A stretch of DNA of 38,105 nucleotides. Source: an uncultured Bacillales bacterium (lineage in GTDB: Bacteria > Bacillota_I > Bacilli_A > RF39 > UBA660). Each line of letters starts with the position of its first letter. Positions within the stretch are counted from its first letter, which is position 1. The stretch covers positions 1 through 38,105 of the forward strand of contig CAMOXZ010000002.1 in the NCBI GenBank assembly GCA_946629545.1, written 5' to 3'. The notes beneath the pieces are model-generated. The model made no database searches and was not told the origin of the DNA. It saw only the letters and a program-made list of their open reading frames with translations. Positions 16,372 through 25,777 of the stretch are shown in pieces. The position numbers were made by a program, and so were the translations under genes.

Positions 16372-19323
16372 ATGTATATTCCATTATTTAATAAAAGTAA
16401 TTATACAATGCTATCTAGTTTATTAAAGATAGATGATATAGTAAACTTTGCTAAGAATAATAATATCTCTAGTATAGCTCTAACTGATACTAATATGTAT
16501 GGTACTATGGAGTTTATAAAGAAATGTGAATCTAATAATATTAAACCAATTATTGGATTAGAATTAGTATTAGAAGATTTTAATATATTACTATATGCAA
16601 AGAACTATGAAGGATATAAAAGTTTAATTAAACTATCTACTATTCAAAATGAAAGAAAAGTAGTGTTAGATGATTTAAAAAAATATAATAAAGAAGTAAT
16701 TAGTATTTTACCTTTCAAATATAATAAGTATTATGAAGAACTAGGTAAAATATATTTAGATTTATATTTAGGATTTAGTAATAAAGAAGAATTAAAAGAA
16801 TCATTAGTAATTACTAAAAATATAGTATTCTTAAGAGAAACACTTTATCTTAATAAAATAGATAAGAAAATACTTCCATACTTATATTGTATAAGAGATG
16901 GTAAAACACAAGATAATATTAACGATTATGTTATAGATAATTTTGAATTAAATATAACTGATATAGATGAATTAAGTAATAATGTTGGTCTATCTAATAC
17001 AATCTTAATAGGAGATAAATGTAATATAAAGTTTCCTGAAAGAGAAAATTTACTTCCTATATATGATTGTGATGATCCTAAGAAATATTTATTTGAACTA
17101 TCTAAAAAAGGTTTAAGTAAAAGATTAAATAATGAAGTAAATGATACTTATAAAAATAGATTATTATATGAATTAAATGTAATTAATGAAATGGGATTTT
17201 CTAATTACTTTTTAGTAGTGTATGATTTTATAAGATTTGCTAAAAAGAATAAAATATTAGTTGGTCCAGGTAGAGGTAGTGCTGCAGGAAGTTTAGTAGC
17301 TTACTCATTAGGTATAACTGATATTGATCCATTAAAATATGATTTATTATTTGAAAGATTCTTAAATCCAGAAAGAAAAACAATGCCTGATATAGATACA
17401 GACTTTCCAGATAATAAAAGAGATGAAGTTATAGCTTACGTTCAAAAAAAATATGGAGAAAAACGAGTAAGTGGAATCATTACTTTTGGTACACTTGCTG
17501 CTAAACAAGTAATAAGAGATGTATCTAGAGTATTAAATATACCTCTATATAAAGTAGATGCACTTACTAAATATATTCCAAATATGTCTCATGACAAATT
17601 AGAAGATATTTATAAAAATAATCCTAACTTTAAAGTAAAAATAGATAGTGATAGTCTATTAACTGATATGTATAAAATAGCTATTAAGTTAGAAGGATTT
17701 CCAAGACATACTTCTCAACATGCTGCTGGTATTGTAATGAGTAGAGTAGATTTAGATGAAGTAATACCTTTAACTAAAGCAGATAATATGTATCTAACTA
17801 GTTATTCTATGGAATATCTTGAAGATTTAGGACTTCTAAAGATGGATTTCCTTGTATTAAAAAACTTAACATTAATAGATAATATAATTAATGATATTAA
17901 AACTATTGAAGGAGAAGAAGTAGACTTTAATAAAATACCATTAGATGATAAAGAAACTCTAAAAATATTTGAAGAAGCTAATACTTGTGGAATATTCCAA
18001 TTTGAATCTACAGGTATGAGAAATTTCTTAAAAAGATTAAAAGCTAATACTTTTGATGATATAGTAGCAGCCATTGCTTTATTCCGTCCTGGTGCTGCAC
18101 TAAACATTGATTCTTATATTAAACGAAAACATGGTGAAGAAAAGATAACATATCTTGATCCATCATTAGAATCTATTACTAAGAGTACTTATGGATTTTT
18201 AATCTATCAGGAACAAATAATGCAACTAGCTAATGTTTATGCAGGTTATTCTCTAGGAGAAGCTGATATACTTAGAAGAGCTATGTCTAAGAAGAAAAAA
18301 GAATTATTAAAGAGTGAAGAAGATAAATTCATAAAGAAGAGTATGGAAAATAAACATTCTATGCAACAAGCTAAAGCTTTATTTGAACTTGTCTTAAACT
18401 TCGCAGGATATGGATTTAATAAATCACACTCTGTAGTATATAGTATTATTGCTTATAAAATGGCTTATTTAAAAGCACATTATAAAACTATATTCTTTGC
18501 TAATTTATTAAGTAATGTAATAGGTAGTTCTACTAAAACAAATGAATATATAATGGAAGCAAAAGCTAATGGTATTGAAGTAGTAAAACCAACAATCAAC
18601 AATAGTACAACAAAATACATAGTAAAAGATAATAAAATAATATATCCATTATCTAATATAAAAGGATTAGGAGTAGTATCTTGTGAAACTATTGAAAAAG
18701 CTAAATCTAATGGAGAATTTACTGATATCTATGATTGCTTTAGTAGACTATATATAGAAGGAATAACTAAAAAAGTATTTGAAGATTTAATCATGGCAGA
18801 TACTTTTAAAGAATTTAATATTAATAGAGCTACTTTAATGTATAATTTAGATAGTTTATATAATTATGCAGAATTAACTAAAGATATAGATCCATCATTA
18901 GTAGCTAAACCAGTTATAGAAGAACAAAAAGAATATACTGATGAAATACTATTAGAAAAAGAAAAAGAATTATTTGGATTCTACTTATCATCTCATCCAA
19001 CTACTCAGTATAGAAAAGATAATCCATACTGTATTACTCTAAATAAAGTAGAAGAGCATTTTGATAAAACAGTAGATGTTTTAATAGTAGTAGATAAGAT
19101 TAAAGTAATTAATACTAAGAAAGGTGATAAAATGGCTTTCTTAACTGGAAGTGATGAAACATCTTCTTTTGAATTTACTTTATTCCCTAAGATATTTATT
19201 GATTATCAAGAAATATCTAAAGGAGATTTATTAAAAATAAGAGGTCATGTAGAAAAAAGACTAGATGAATACCAAATAATAGTAGAAAGAATAAAAAGAT
19301 TGAAGGATGATACTAATGAATAA
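16372..19323 (+). CDS. dnaE: DNA polymerase III alpha subunit, DnaE type (short, 983 aa)
   Basis: Pol III alpha palm and fingers motifs (GPGRGSAAGSLVAYSLGITDIDP; PDIDTDF; FNKSHS) and a C-terminal OB fold region. Confidence 0.93.
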   Translation: MYIPLFNKSNYTMLSSLLKIDDIVNFAKNNNISSIALTDTNMYGTMEFIKKCESNNIKPIIGLELVLEDFNILLYAKNYEGYKSLIKLSTIQNERKVVLDDLKKYNKEVISILPFKYNKYYEELGKIYLDLYLGFSNKEELKESLVITKNIVFLRETLYLNKIDKKILPYLYCIRDGKTQDNINDYVIDNFELNITDIDELSNNVGLSNTILIGDKCNIKFPERENLLPIYDCDDPKKYLFELSKKGLSKRLNNEVNDTYKNRLLYELNVINEMGFSNYFLVVYDFIRFAKKNKILVGPGRGSAAGSLVAYSLGITDIDPLKYDLLFERFLNPERKTMPDIDTDFPDNKRDEVIAYVQKKYGEKRVSGIITFGTLAAKQVIRDVSRVLNIPLYKVDALTKYIPNMSHDKLEDIYKNNPNFKVKIDSDSLLTDMYKIAIKLEGFPRHTSQHAAGIVMSRVDLDEVIPLTKADNMYLTSYSMEYLEDLGLLKMDFLVLKNLTLIDNIINDIKTIEGEEVDFNKIPLDDKETLKIFEEANTCGIFQFESTGMRNFLKRLKANTFDDIVAAIALFRPGAALNIDSYIKRKHGEEKITYLDPSLESITKSTYGFLIYQEQIMQLANVYAGYSLGEADILRRAMSKKKKELLKSEEDKFIKKSMENKHSMQQAKALFELVLNFAGYGFNKSHSVVYSIIAYKMAYLKAHYKTIFFANLLSNVIGSSTKTNEYIMEAKANGIEVVKPTINNSTTKYIVKDNKIIYPLSNIKGLGVVSCETIEKAKSNGEFTDIYDCFSRLYIEGITKKVFEDLIMADTFKEFNINRATLMYNLDSLYNYAELTKDIDPSLVAKPVIEEQKEYTDEILLEKEKELFGFYLSSHPTTQYRKDNPYCITLNKVEEHFDKTVDVLIVVDKIKVINTKKGDKMAFLTGSDETSSFEFTLFPKIFIDYQEISKGDLLKIRGHVEKRLDEYQIIVERIKRLKDDTNE

Positions 19324-19792
19324 AAAAGAAGATATATTTAAAATAACTGTATTAGTACTTTGTTTGGACCAATTAATTAAATACTATATTAATAGGTTTA
19401 TGGAAATAAATACTGAATTAAAAGTAATACCTAATTTCTTTAGTATATTCTATGTAAGAAATAAAGGAGCTGCTTTCTCTATACTAGAGAATTATAGTTT
19501 CTTAATAGTAATAATAAGTGTAGTATTCTTAGTAGTATTAGATTTATATATAAAGAAAGAAAAGAAGTTTGATAAATTAAGTATTATATCTCTAGGTATG
19601 ATAATGGGTGGTATATTTGGTAACTTAATAGATAGAATAATTTATCATAGCGTAATAGATTATCTATCATTTACTATTTTTAATTATAGTTTTCCAATAT
19701 TTAATCTAGCAGATATAGGTATAACTGTAGGAGTATTTTTATTAATAATAAATGAATTAATAAAGATTAGAAAGGATAATAAAAATGGATAG
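19316..19792 (+). CDS. lspA: Lipoprotein signal peptidase II
   Basis: Motifs NKGAAFS and FNLADIGITVG. The start may be 19307 or 19316; 19316 gives better RBS spacing. It overlaps the dnaE stop. Confidence 0.88.
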   Translation: MNKKEDIFKITVLVLCLDQLIKYYINRFMEINTELKVIPNFFSIFYVRNKGAAFSILENYSFLIVIISVVFLVVLDLYIKKEKKFDKLSIISLGMIMGGIFGNLIDRIIYHSVIDYLSFTIFNYSFPIFNLADIGITVGVFLLIINELIKIRKDNKNG

Positions 19793-20663
19793 ATTTAAAA
19801 GAGTTAAGAGGGCTAGTATTCTAGGAATAATAGGAAATGTATTTTTATCTATTATTAAAGGTGTGATAGGATTTATTACTAATAGCCAAGCTATGATAGC
19901 GGATTCATTTAATAGTTTTGGAGATGTATTTTCTTCATTTATGACTTATATAGGTAATAGAATAAGTTCTAAAGAAGCAGATGAAGATCATAACTTAGGC
20001 CATGGTAAAGCAGAATATATATTTTCACTTTTAATTAGTATTGTAATGTTTTTAACAGCTATTATAGTTATTAAGAATGCTATTTTAACTTATATTAATA
20101 AAACACCAATTAACTTCAATTATTATTTAGTAATTGTATGTATCATAACTATACTAGTTAAATTTAGTTTATTTTTATATACAAATTCTATCTATAAAAA
20201 AGATAAAAATATCTTAGTAAAAGCAAATTCTAAAGATCATAGAAATGATTGCTTTATCACAACATTAACTTTAGTATCTTCAATATGTGGAATATATGGA
20301 TACTATATTATAGATATTCTTATTGGTATAACTATAGCTATATGGATAGGTTATACAGCTATTAAATTATTTATAGAGAGTTTCGATGTATTAATGGATA
20401 AATCTATTGATGATTCTACTAAAGATGAAGTATTTGAAATTATAAATAGACACAAAGAAATAGAAAAAGTAAATCACTTCAATTCAACACCAGTAGGTTA
20501 TAAATATCAAATATCATTTACTATATTTGTAGATGGAAATTTATCTACATTTGAGAGTCATGATATAGCTAATTCTTTAGAAAGAGAAATTGAAAAAGAA
20601 ATTGATGAGGTTTACTTAACTGTTATACATGTAAATCCCGTTACAAAAAATAAGAAAAAATAA
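19785..20663 (+). CDS. Cation diffusion facilitator (CDF) family metal efflux transporter
   Basis: Six TM helices, the signature IADSFNSFGD, and a cytoplasmic C-terminal domain. 8-nt overlap (ATGGATAG) with lspA. Confidence 0.85.
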   Translation: MDRFKRVKRASILGIIGNVFLSIIKGVIGFITNSQAMIADSFNSFGDVFSSFMTYIGNRISSKEADEDHNLGHGKAEYIFSLLISIVMFLTAIIVIKNAILTYINKTPINFNYYLVIVCIITILVKFSLFLYTNSIYKKDKNILVKANSKDHRNDCFITTLTLVSSICGIYGYYIIDILIGITIAIWIGYTAIKLFIESFDVLMDKSIDDSTKDEVFEIINRHKEIEKVNHFNSTPVGYKYQISFTIFVDGNLSTFESHDIANSLEREIEKEIDEVYLTVIHVNPVTKNKKK

Positions 20664-20670
20664 AAAAGTA

Positions 20671-20679
20671 TGTTATAAT
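20671..20679 (+). promoter_or_regulatory. Extended -10 (TGtTATAAT)
   Basis: Read directly, upstream of ATG 20703. Confidence 0.4.
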
Positions 20680-20702
20680 TATAATGATTAGGACGTGATA
20701 AT

Positions 20703-21671
20703 ATGGAATTAGAAAACCAATTTGATATTAAATCAAGAAGAATAAATATGCTTGATAGTTATGGAGAAGATTTCTGCGAAAAAACTTATATTACTAATCC
20801 AGCAATTGGAAGAGACAAACAAATTAAAGAAATGATTTTAATATTATTAACTCCTGATAAATCAGCAGTATTAATAGGTAAACCTGGTGTTGGTAAAACT
20901 GCTATAGTTGAAGGACTTGCTTATCGTATTCAAAAAGGTGCAGTACCAGATATATTAAAAGATTATAAAGTTATCAAATTAAATACAGCAGCTCTATTAG
21001 GAGTAGATCCAGTAACAGGAGAATCTAAAGTACAAATCTTAATAGAAGAATTAAAAAGTAAATCTAAGTTAATATTATTTATAGATGAAATTCATACTCT
21101 TATGGGTTCAAAAGATGAATCAATGGATTTTGCTAATATGTTTAAACCTGCCCTAGATAGAGGAGATATTAAAGTAATTGGTGCTACTACTATAGATGAA
21201 TATGAAAGATATATTTTAAGAGATAAAGCCTTTGTAAGACGTTTTCAAAAAGTAGAAGTACAAGAACCAACTAGAGAAGAAAATATTGAAATTCTAATAG
21301 GTACTCTTCCTAAAATTGAAAAAAGAACAGGTGCAAAAATGATGTATACTGCATTCATTCAAAAGAAAATGATGGAGTTTATTACTGATATAACTAGTGA
21401 ATATAAAAGAATATATGAAATAGGATCACGTTATCCAGATGTTTCTTTAACTATAATTCAAGAAGCATTCTCAAATGCATTATTTGATAATAGATTTGAA
21501 GTAAATGTAATGGATTTCAAAAAAGCTATAATGAGTAGTAAGAATATCTATCCAGATGTTATCGCTAAATCTATGCCTATCTTTGATGCAACATTTAAAG
21601 ATCAAATAGCTGAATATGAAAATTCAAAACAAAACAATATAGAAAGACTATCAGATGATACTATTGAATAA
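20703..21671 (+). CDS. Stand-alone AAA+ ATPase resembling the D1 module of ClpA/ClpB/ClpC (no N-domain, no D2)
   Basis: IGRDKQIKEM..LIGKPGVGKTAIVEGLAYRI (Walker A), LFIDEIHTL (Walker B), and GATTIDEYERYILRDKAFVRRFQKVEV (sensor-1 and Arg finger region). All match Clp/Hsp100 D1, but the protein ends at 322 aa. Confidence 0.8.
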   Translation: MELENQFDIKSRRINMLDSYGEDFCEKTYITNPAIGRDKQIKEMILILLTPDKSAVLIGKPGVGKTAIVEGLAYRIQKGAVPDILKDYKVIKLNTAALLGVDPVTGESKVQILIEELKSKSKLILFIDEIHTLMGSKDESMDFANMFKPALDRGDIKVIGATTIDEYERYILRDKAFVRRFQKVEVQEPTREENIEILIGTLPKIEKRTGAKMMYTAFIQKKMMEFITDITSEYKRIYEIGSRYPDVSLTIIQEAFSNALFDNRFEVNVMDFKKAIMSSKNIYPDVIAKSMPIFDATFKDQIAEYENSKQNNIERLSDDTIE

Positions 21672-21685
21672 ATAGGGGTGATTAA

Positions 21686-22867
21686 ATGAAATGTGTTAAG
21701 TGTGGTAAAAAACTAAAAAGTAATGAAAAATTCTGTACATATTGTGGATATTATAATGATAATGGTGAAGAAGAAACTTGGAGTACAGAAGCACCTCAAG
21801 AAGAAGATTTACTAGAAGAAAACTGGTATGATGATGATGTAGAAGCAAATGAAGATGAAGAAGTAAAAGTAGAACCAGTTAAGAAAGAAAAAATAAAAAA
21901 AGAAAAAGAAACTAAAAAAGAAAAAATTAAAAAAGAAAAGCCTGTAAAACCAGAAAAAACTAAAGAAATAAAAGAAATAAAAATAAAAGAAGATAATGAA
22001 GTATATGATCAAAATGAGAAATATATAGAAGCCTATATAGGAGAAGACTATAAACTAATTAAGAAAAGTCCATTTAATATTTGGGCATTCTTATTAAACT
22101 GGATGTATTTACTATATAGAAAACTATATATAACAGGAGTTATAGGTTTAACATTAACTGTCATAATAGCATTATTCTTTACTAAGTATTTTCTTATTTA
22201 TTTTATAATCACAATAATAGTATTAGGCTTTGCATTTAATAAATATTACATATATATAGTAAAAAGAAAAGTAGATAGTATTCTAAAAGAATATGAAGGA
22301 ACAGATTCTTTCTCATTAGAAAAAATGTGTAGTGAATTTGGTGGAGTAAATATACCAATGGCACTTATAATATACATAGTATTCTTAATTGTCATAATAA
22401 TAAGCATAGTAAAACCAACAGTAAACACAACACATAATACTAAGTTTTGGAAAGAAAACAGTGAGAATGAAGCTAACTGTTTATCATTAATAAAACTAAT
22501 ATATAAAAAAGCACCATCAGTAAAATTAACTGAAGCATTATGCAAAGTTAATAAAGATACTAAAAATTATGATTTATATATAAAAATAGACAAAGATGGT
22601 AAAGTAGTTTATGAATACTACACAACAGAAAGTGATTATATAGTATATAAAAATAATACAGAATTCTTAGAAAATCTAAATAAGAAAAAAGCAGAAAATA
22701 GAATTACTGTAGAAGAAGAAAAAAATCTAAGTGATATAAAAATGATTATGAATAATTATGAAACTATTCATAGTAATTCATTAAAAGAAGATAAATTAAT
22801 AAAATCAAAAAAAGATAAATCAGAAAAATTAAACTATATATTTGAACGTGAAGTAATAATAAGATAA
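21686..22867 (+). CDS. Zinc-ribbon / K-E-rich linker / DUF2628-like membrane protein with a C-terminal soluble domain
   Basis: CVKCGKKL..CTYCG zinc ribbon, the low-complexity stretch KKEKIKKEKETKKEKIKKEKPVKPEK, then NIWAFLLNWMYLLYRKLY and TM helices. Confidence 0.6.
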   Translation: MKCVKCGKKLKSNEKFCTYCGYYNDNGEEETWSTEAPQEEDLLEENWYDDDVEANEDEEVKVEPVKKEKIKKEKETKKEKIKKEKPVKPEKTKEIKEIKIKEDNEVYDQNEKYIEAYIGEDYKLIKKSPFNIWAFLLNWMYLLYRKLYITGVIGLTLTVIIALFFTKYFLIYFIITIIVLGFAFNKYYIYIVKRKVDSILKEYEGTDSFSLEKMCSEFGGVNIPMALIIYIVFLIVIIISIVKPTVNTTHNTKFWKENSENEANCLSLIKLIYKKAPSVKLTEALCKVNKDTKNYDLYIKIDKDGKVVYEYYTTESDYIVYKNNTEFLENLNKKKAENRITVEEEKNLSDIKMIMNNYETIHSNSLKEDKLIKSKKDKSEKLNYIFEREVIIR

Positions 22868-22893
22868 GAGATTTTGAAATCTCTTATTTTTTT
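22866..22893 (+). terminator. Intrinsic terminator
   Basis: AAGAGATTT/AAATCTCTT stem followed by a T-run. Confidence 0.7.
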
Positions 22894-22901
22894 GATATAA
22901 T
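22893..22901 (+). promoter_or_regulatory. Extended -10 (TGaTATAAT) for glmS
   Basis: Read directly, 31 nt upstream of ATG 22933. Confidence 0.5.
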
Positions 22902-22932
22902 AAATTTATACTGATAGTAAGGAGAATACATT

Positions 22933-24675
22933 ATGTGTGGAATAATAGGTTATATTGGTGATAAAAGACCAGAAAAGATATTAATAGAAGGATTAAAAAA
23001 ATTAGAATATAGGGGTTATGACTCTGCAGGAATAGCTTTATTTAATAATGAAGTTCAAATAATAAAGAGTCTAGGGAAAATATCTAATTTAGAAGATAAA
23101 ATAAATAATACAGATTTAATAGATTCAAATATTGGTATAGCTCATACTAGATGGGCTACTCATGGAGAACCAAGTGAAGTAAATGCACATCCTCATAGAA
23201 TAGGACATATTACTTTAGTACATAATGGTATTATAGAAAATGCTAAAGAATTAAAAGAAGATCTACAAGAAAAAGGTGTTAAATTTAATACTAATACAGA
23301 TACAGAAGTAATCGCAGGTTTAATAGATTATTACTATAAAGGTAATACTAAAGAAGCTATTGAAAAAGCAATTAAAGATTTAAAAGGAAGTTATGCGTTA
23401 GCTATTATTAATGATGAAGAAGATAAACTATATGCAGTAAGATGTGAATCTCCATTAATACTAGGAATAGGGGATAATGAGTATTTTGTAACTAGTGATA
23501 TAGGAGCAATCCTACCTTATACAAATAAATATGTATTACTAGGTAAAGATGAAATAGTTACTCTAACAAAAAATGATTATGTAATAGAAAAAGATGATAT
23601 TAAAGTATATAGAGAAGTAGAAGAAAGTACCTTAACTTTAGAAGATACTAGTTTAAATGGATATGATCATTATATGATGAAAGAGATTAATGAAGAACCA
23701 GTACTAGTTGATAATTTAGTAAAGAAATATATTAATAATTTAGATAAATTACCAGATTTAAGTAAATATAAAAATATTCATATAGTAGGATGTGGATCTG
23801 CATACTATGCAGGTATGATTGGTAAAAATTTATTTGAAGATGATGGTATAAAAGTAGAATGTGATGTAGCTAGTGAATATCGTTATCGTAATATTGTTTA
23901 TGATAAAGATACATTAGTAATATTAATATCTCAATCTGGAGAAACTGCTGATACTATAGCTGCTATGAGAAAAGCAAATGGTGATCAAGTCGACACTTTA
24001 GCTATAGTAAATGTAGAAAGCTCTACTATAGAAAGAGAATGTACTTATAGTGTATTAATAGAAGCAGGTAAAGAAATTGCTGTAGCTACTACTAAAGCAT
24101 TTATACTACAAGTATTAATTTTATCTCTATTATCTTATAAAATAAATCAAGATGATAAGTATATAGAAGATATTAAGAAATTACCACAACAATTAAAAGT
24201 ATTATTAGATAAAACAGGTTACTATAAAAAACTAGCAGATTCTATTTATAAACATGAAGATGTCTTCTTTATAGGAAGAAAGATAGATTATGCTATTTCT
24301 ATGGAAGGTAGTTTAAAATTAAAAGAAGTTTCTTATATTCATAGTGATTCATACCAAGCAGGTGAATTAAAACATGGTACTATTTCACTTGTTAAAGAAG
24401 GTACTATAGTATTTGCAATAGTAACAGATGATGAAATAAGAGATAAAACAATATCTAACTTAGAAGAAGTAATATCTCGTGGAGCTAAACCAATATATGT
24501 AGGTAATGTAGATGTAGATTATGAAGATAAAATAGTAATACCTAGAGTTCATAAAAAACTACAACCAATTCTAGCAGTTCCACCTCTACAAATGATTGCT
24601 TACTTTGTAGCATTAAAAAGAGGTTGTGACATAGATAAACCTAAGAACTTAGCTAAAAGTGTAACAGTAGAGTAA
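22933..24675 (+). CDS. glmS: Glutamine--fructose-6-phosphate aminotransferase (isomerizing)
   Basis: N-terminal MCGIIGY catalytic Cys, two SIS domains (GCGSAYYAG; SQSGETADT) and a C-terminal KSVTVE. Confidence 0.95.
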   Translation: MCGIIGYIGDKRPEKILIEGLKKLEYRGYDSAGIALFNNEVQIIKSLGKISNLEDKINNTDLIDSNIGIAHTRWATHGEPSEVNAHPHRIGHITLVHNGIIENAKELKEDLQEKGVKFNTNTDTEVIAGLIDYYYKGNTKEAIEKAIKDLKGSYALAIINDEEDKLYAVRCESPLILGIGDNEYFVTSDIGAILPYTNKYVLLGKDEIVTLTKNDYVIEKDDIKVYREVEESTLTLEDTSLNGYDHYMMKEINEEPVLVDNLVKKYINNLDKLPDLSKYKNIHIVGCGSAYYAGMIGKNLFEDDGIKVECDVASEYRYRNIVYDKDTLVILISQSGETADTIAAMRKANGDQVDTLAIVNVESSTIERECTYSVLIEAGKEIAVATTKAFILQVLILSLLSYKINQDDKYIEDIKKLPQQLKVLLDKTGYYKKLADSIYKHEDVFFIGRKIDYAISMEGSLKLKEVSYIHSDSYQAGELKHGTISLVKEGTIVFAIVTDDEIRDKTISNLEEVISRGAKPIYVGNVDVDYEDKIVIPRVHKKLQPILAVPPLQMIAYFVALKRGCDIDKPKNLAKSVTVE

Positions 24676-24723
24676 TGTCATTATTAAACATTCTTCATAG
24701 AATATATAGAAAGGAGAATGTTT

Positions 24724-24861
24724 ATGTATTATGGATATCCATACCCAACTACAAACAATGAAGGTTTTAATGGTTGGTGGGCAGTATTTATAGTTATTAT
24801 AATTATTTTCTTCCTATTCTGGGGTTGGGGAAATAATAATAATACAAATAATTGTAGATAA
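24724..24861 (+). CDS. 45-aa small membrane protein (YjcZ-like tiny Gly/aromatic plus TM protein); not in the ORF track
   Basis: AAGGAG RBS at 24711-24716. Translation by hand: MYYGYPYPTTNNEGFNGWWAVFIVIIIIFFLFWGWGNNNNTNNCR. A terminator follows. Confidence 0.55.
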   Translation: MYYGYPYPTTNNEGFNGWWAVFIVIIIIFFLFWGWGNNNNTNNCR

Positions 24862-24890
24862 AAAAAGAAAAGCATTTGCTTTTCTTTTAT
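24862..24890. terminator. Bidirectional terminator between convergent genes
   Basis: AGAAAAGCA/TGCTTTTCT stem flanked by an A-run and a T-run. Confidence 0.7.
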
Positions 24891-25678
24891 TGTTGAGTAT
24901 AAAGAGTTTTAGTTAATACTTTATATTCAGCAGGTCTTATTTTTTTCATTCTATATTCATCATCATGTTTAGATAATTCAAAGAAACTATATTCCTCAAT
25001 ACCATCAATTAATTCATGAAAATTATAATCTTCATCAAAATATGTTACATGGTTACCACAATAATCTCCAACTATCTTATCAAAGAAATATTTAATATCA
25101 CTAAAATGATATTTAATATTACTATCTTCTATTATAGGAATTATATTTTCATTAGTTTCTGTATAAGTAAGTGCAGACATTCTTTTTACATAGTCTTCTT
25201 CAGATATATCAAAATATCCTAAACTCATATCAATTTCTTCAATTAATTTATCATAATCCTTTGAGCCACATTTAAAACCTCTAGTAGGTACATTTAATTT
25301 AACACGAGCTAGATCACCTAAAGTAGCATCTAATTCCCATTCTTTTCCAAAACAACCATTACCATTAATATATGCCCAACTATGACCAGAACCTAAATGT
25401 ACATCACAATCTAGACAAGTTAATTCATCAATTAAACGCTTCATAATATGTTTAGAAAAACTATGACATATAACTAATCTACTATCAATATTTTCAATAT
25501 CAAATTTTTTATTACGAATTTCATTATATAATTTCTTATCTCCAAGGAATGGAGCATAATCCCATCTAGCATCAAATGAAAATATTTCACAACATCTTCT
25601 ATATATATATCGTGCCTTTTCAAAATCTGTTAAATGTACTTGTCGTAATTCTCTATCTAGTGTTTCTACAAGATTCAT
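24887..25678 (-). CDS. Transglutaminase-like (Cys-His-Asp) superfamily protein, function unknown
   Basis: Ordered candidate triad contexts LVICHSFSK, GSGHSWAYING and WELDATLGD. GGAGG RBS. Confidence 0.5.
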   Translation of the reverse strand: MNLVETLDRELRQVHLTDFEKARYIYRRCCEIFSFDARWDYAPFLGDKKLYNEIRNKKFDIENIDSRLVICHSFSKHIMKRLIDELTCLDCDVHLGSGHSWAYINGNGCFGKEWELDATLGDLARVKLNVPTRGFKCGSKDYDKLIEEIDMSLGYFDISEEDYVKRMSALTYTETNENIIPIIEDSNIKYHFSDIKYFFDKIVGDYCGNHVTYFDEDYNFHELIDGIEEYSFFELSKHDDEYRMKKIRPAEYKVLTKTLYTQQ

Positions 25679-25737
25679 AAAATACCTCCTTTTTTACGCC
25701 AGTAGTGATATCATATCACAAAAAAACAATAAATGTA

Positions 25738-25764
25738 AATAAAAAACCAACTCATAAGAGTTAG
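25738..25764 (-). terminator. Intrinsic terminator after tRNA-His
   Basis: Minus-strand RNA CUAACUC-UUAU-GAGUUGG followed by UUUUUU. Confidence 0.65.
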
Positions 25765-25777
25765 TTTAGTACCAATA

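Noticed and set aside
21880-21995. Purine-rich AAAGAAAAA-type tandem repetition as a possible non-coding repeat or slippage tract.
   Set aside because: It is in frame within the 393-aa ORF and encodes a K/E-rich linker. The antisense 66-aa poly-F ORF (21812-22012) is its mirror image.
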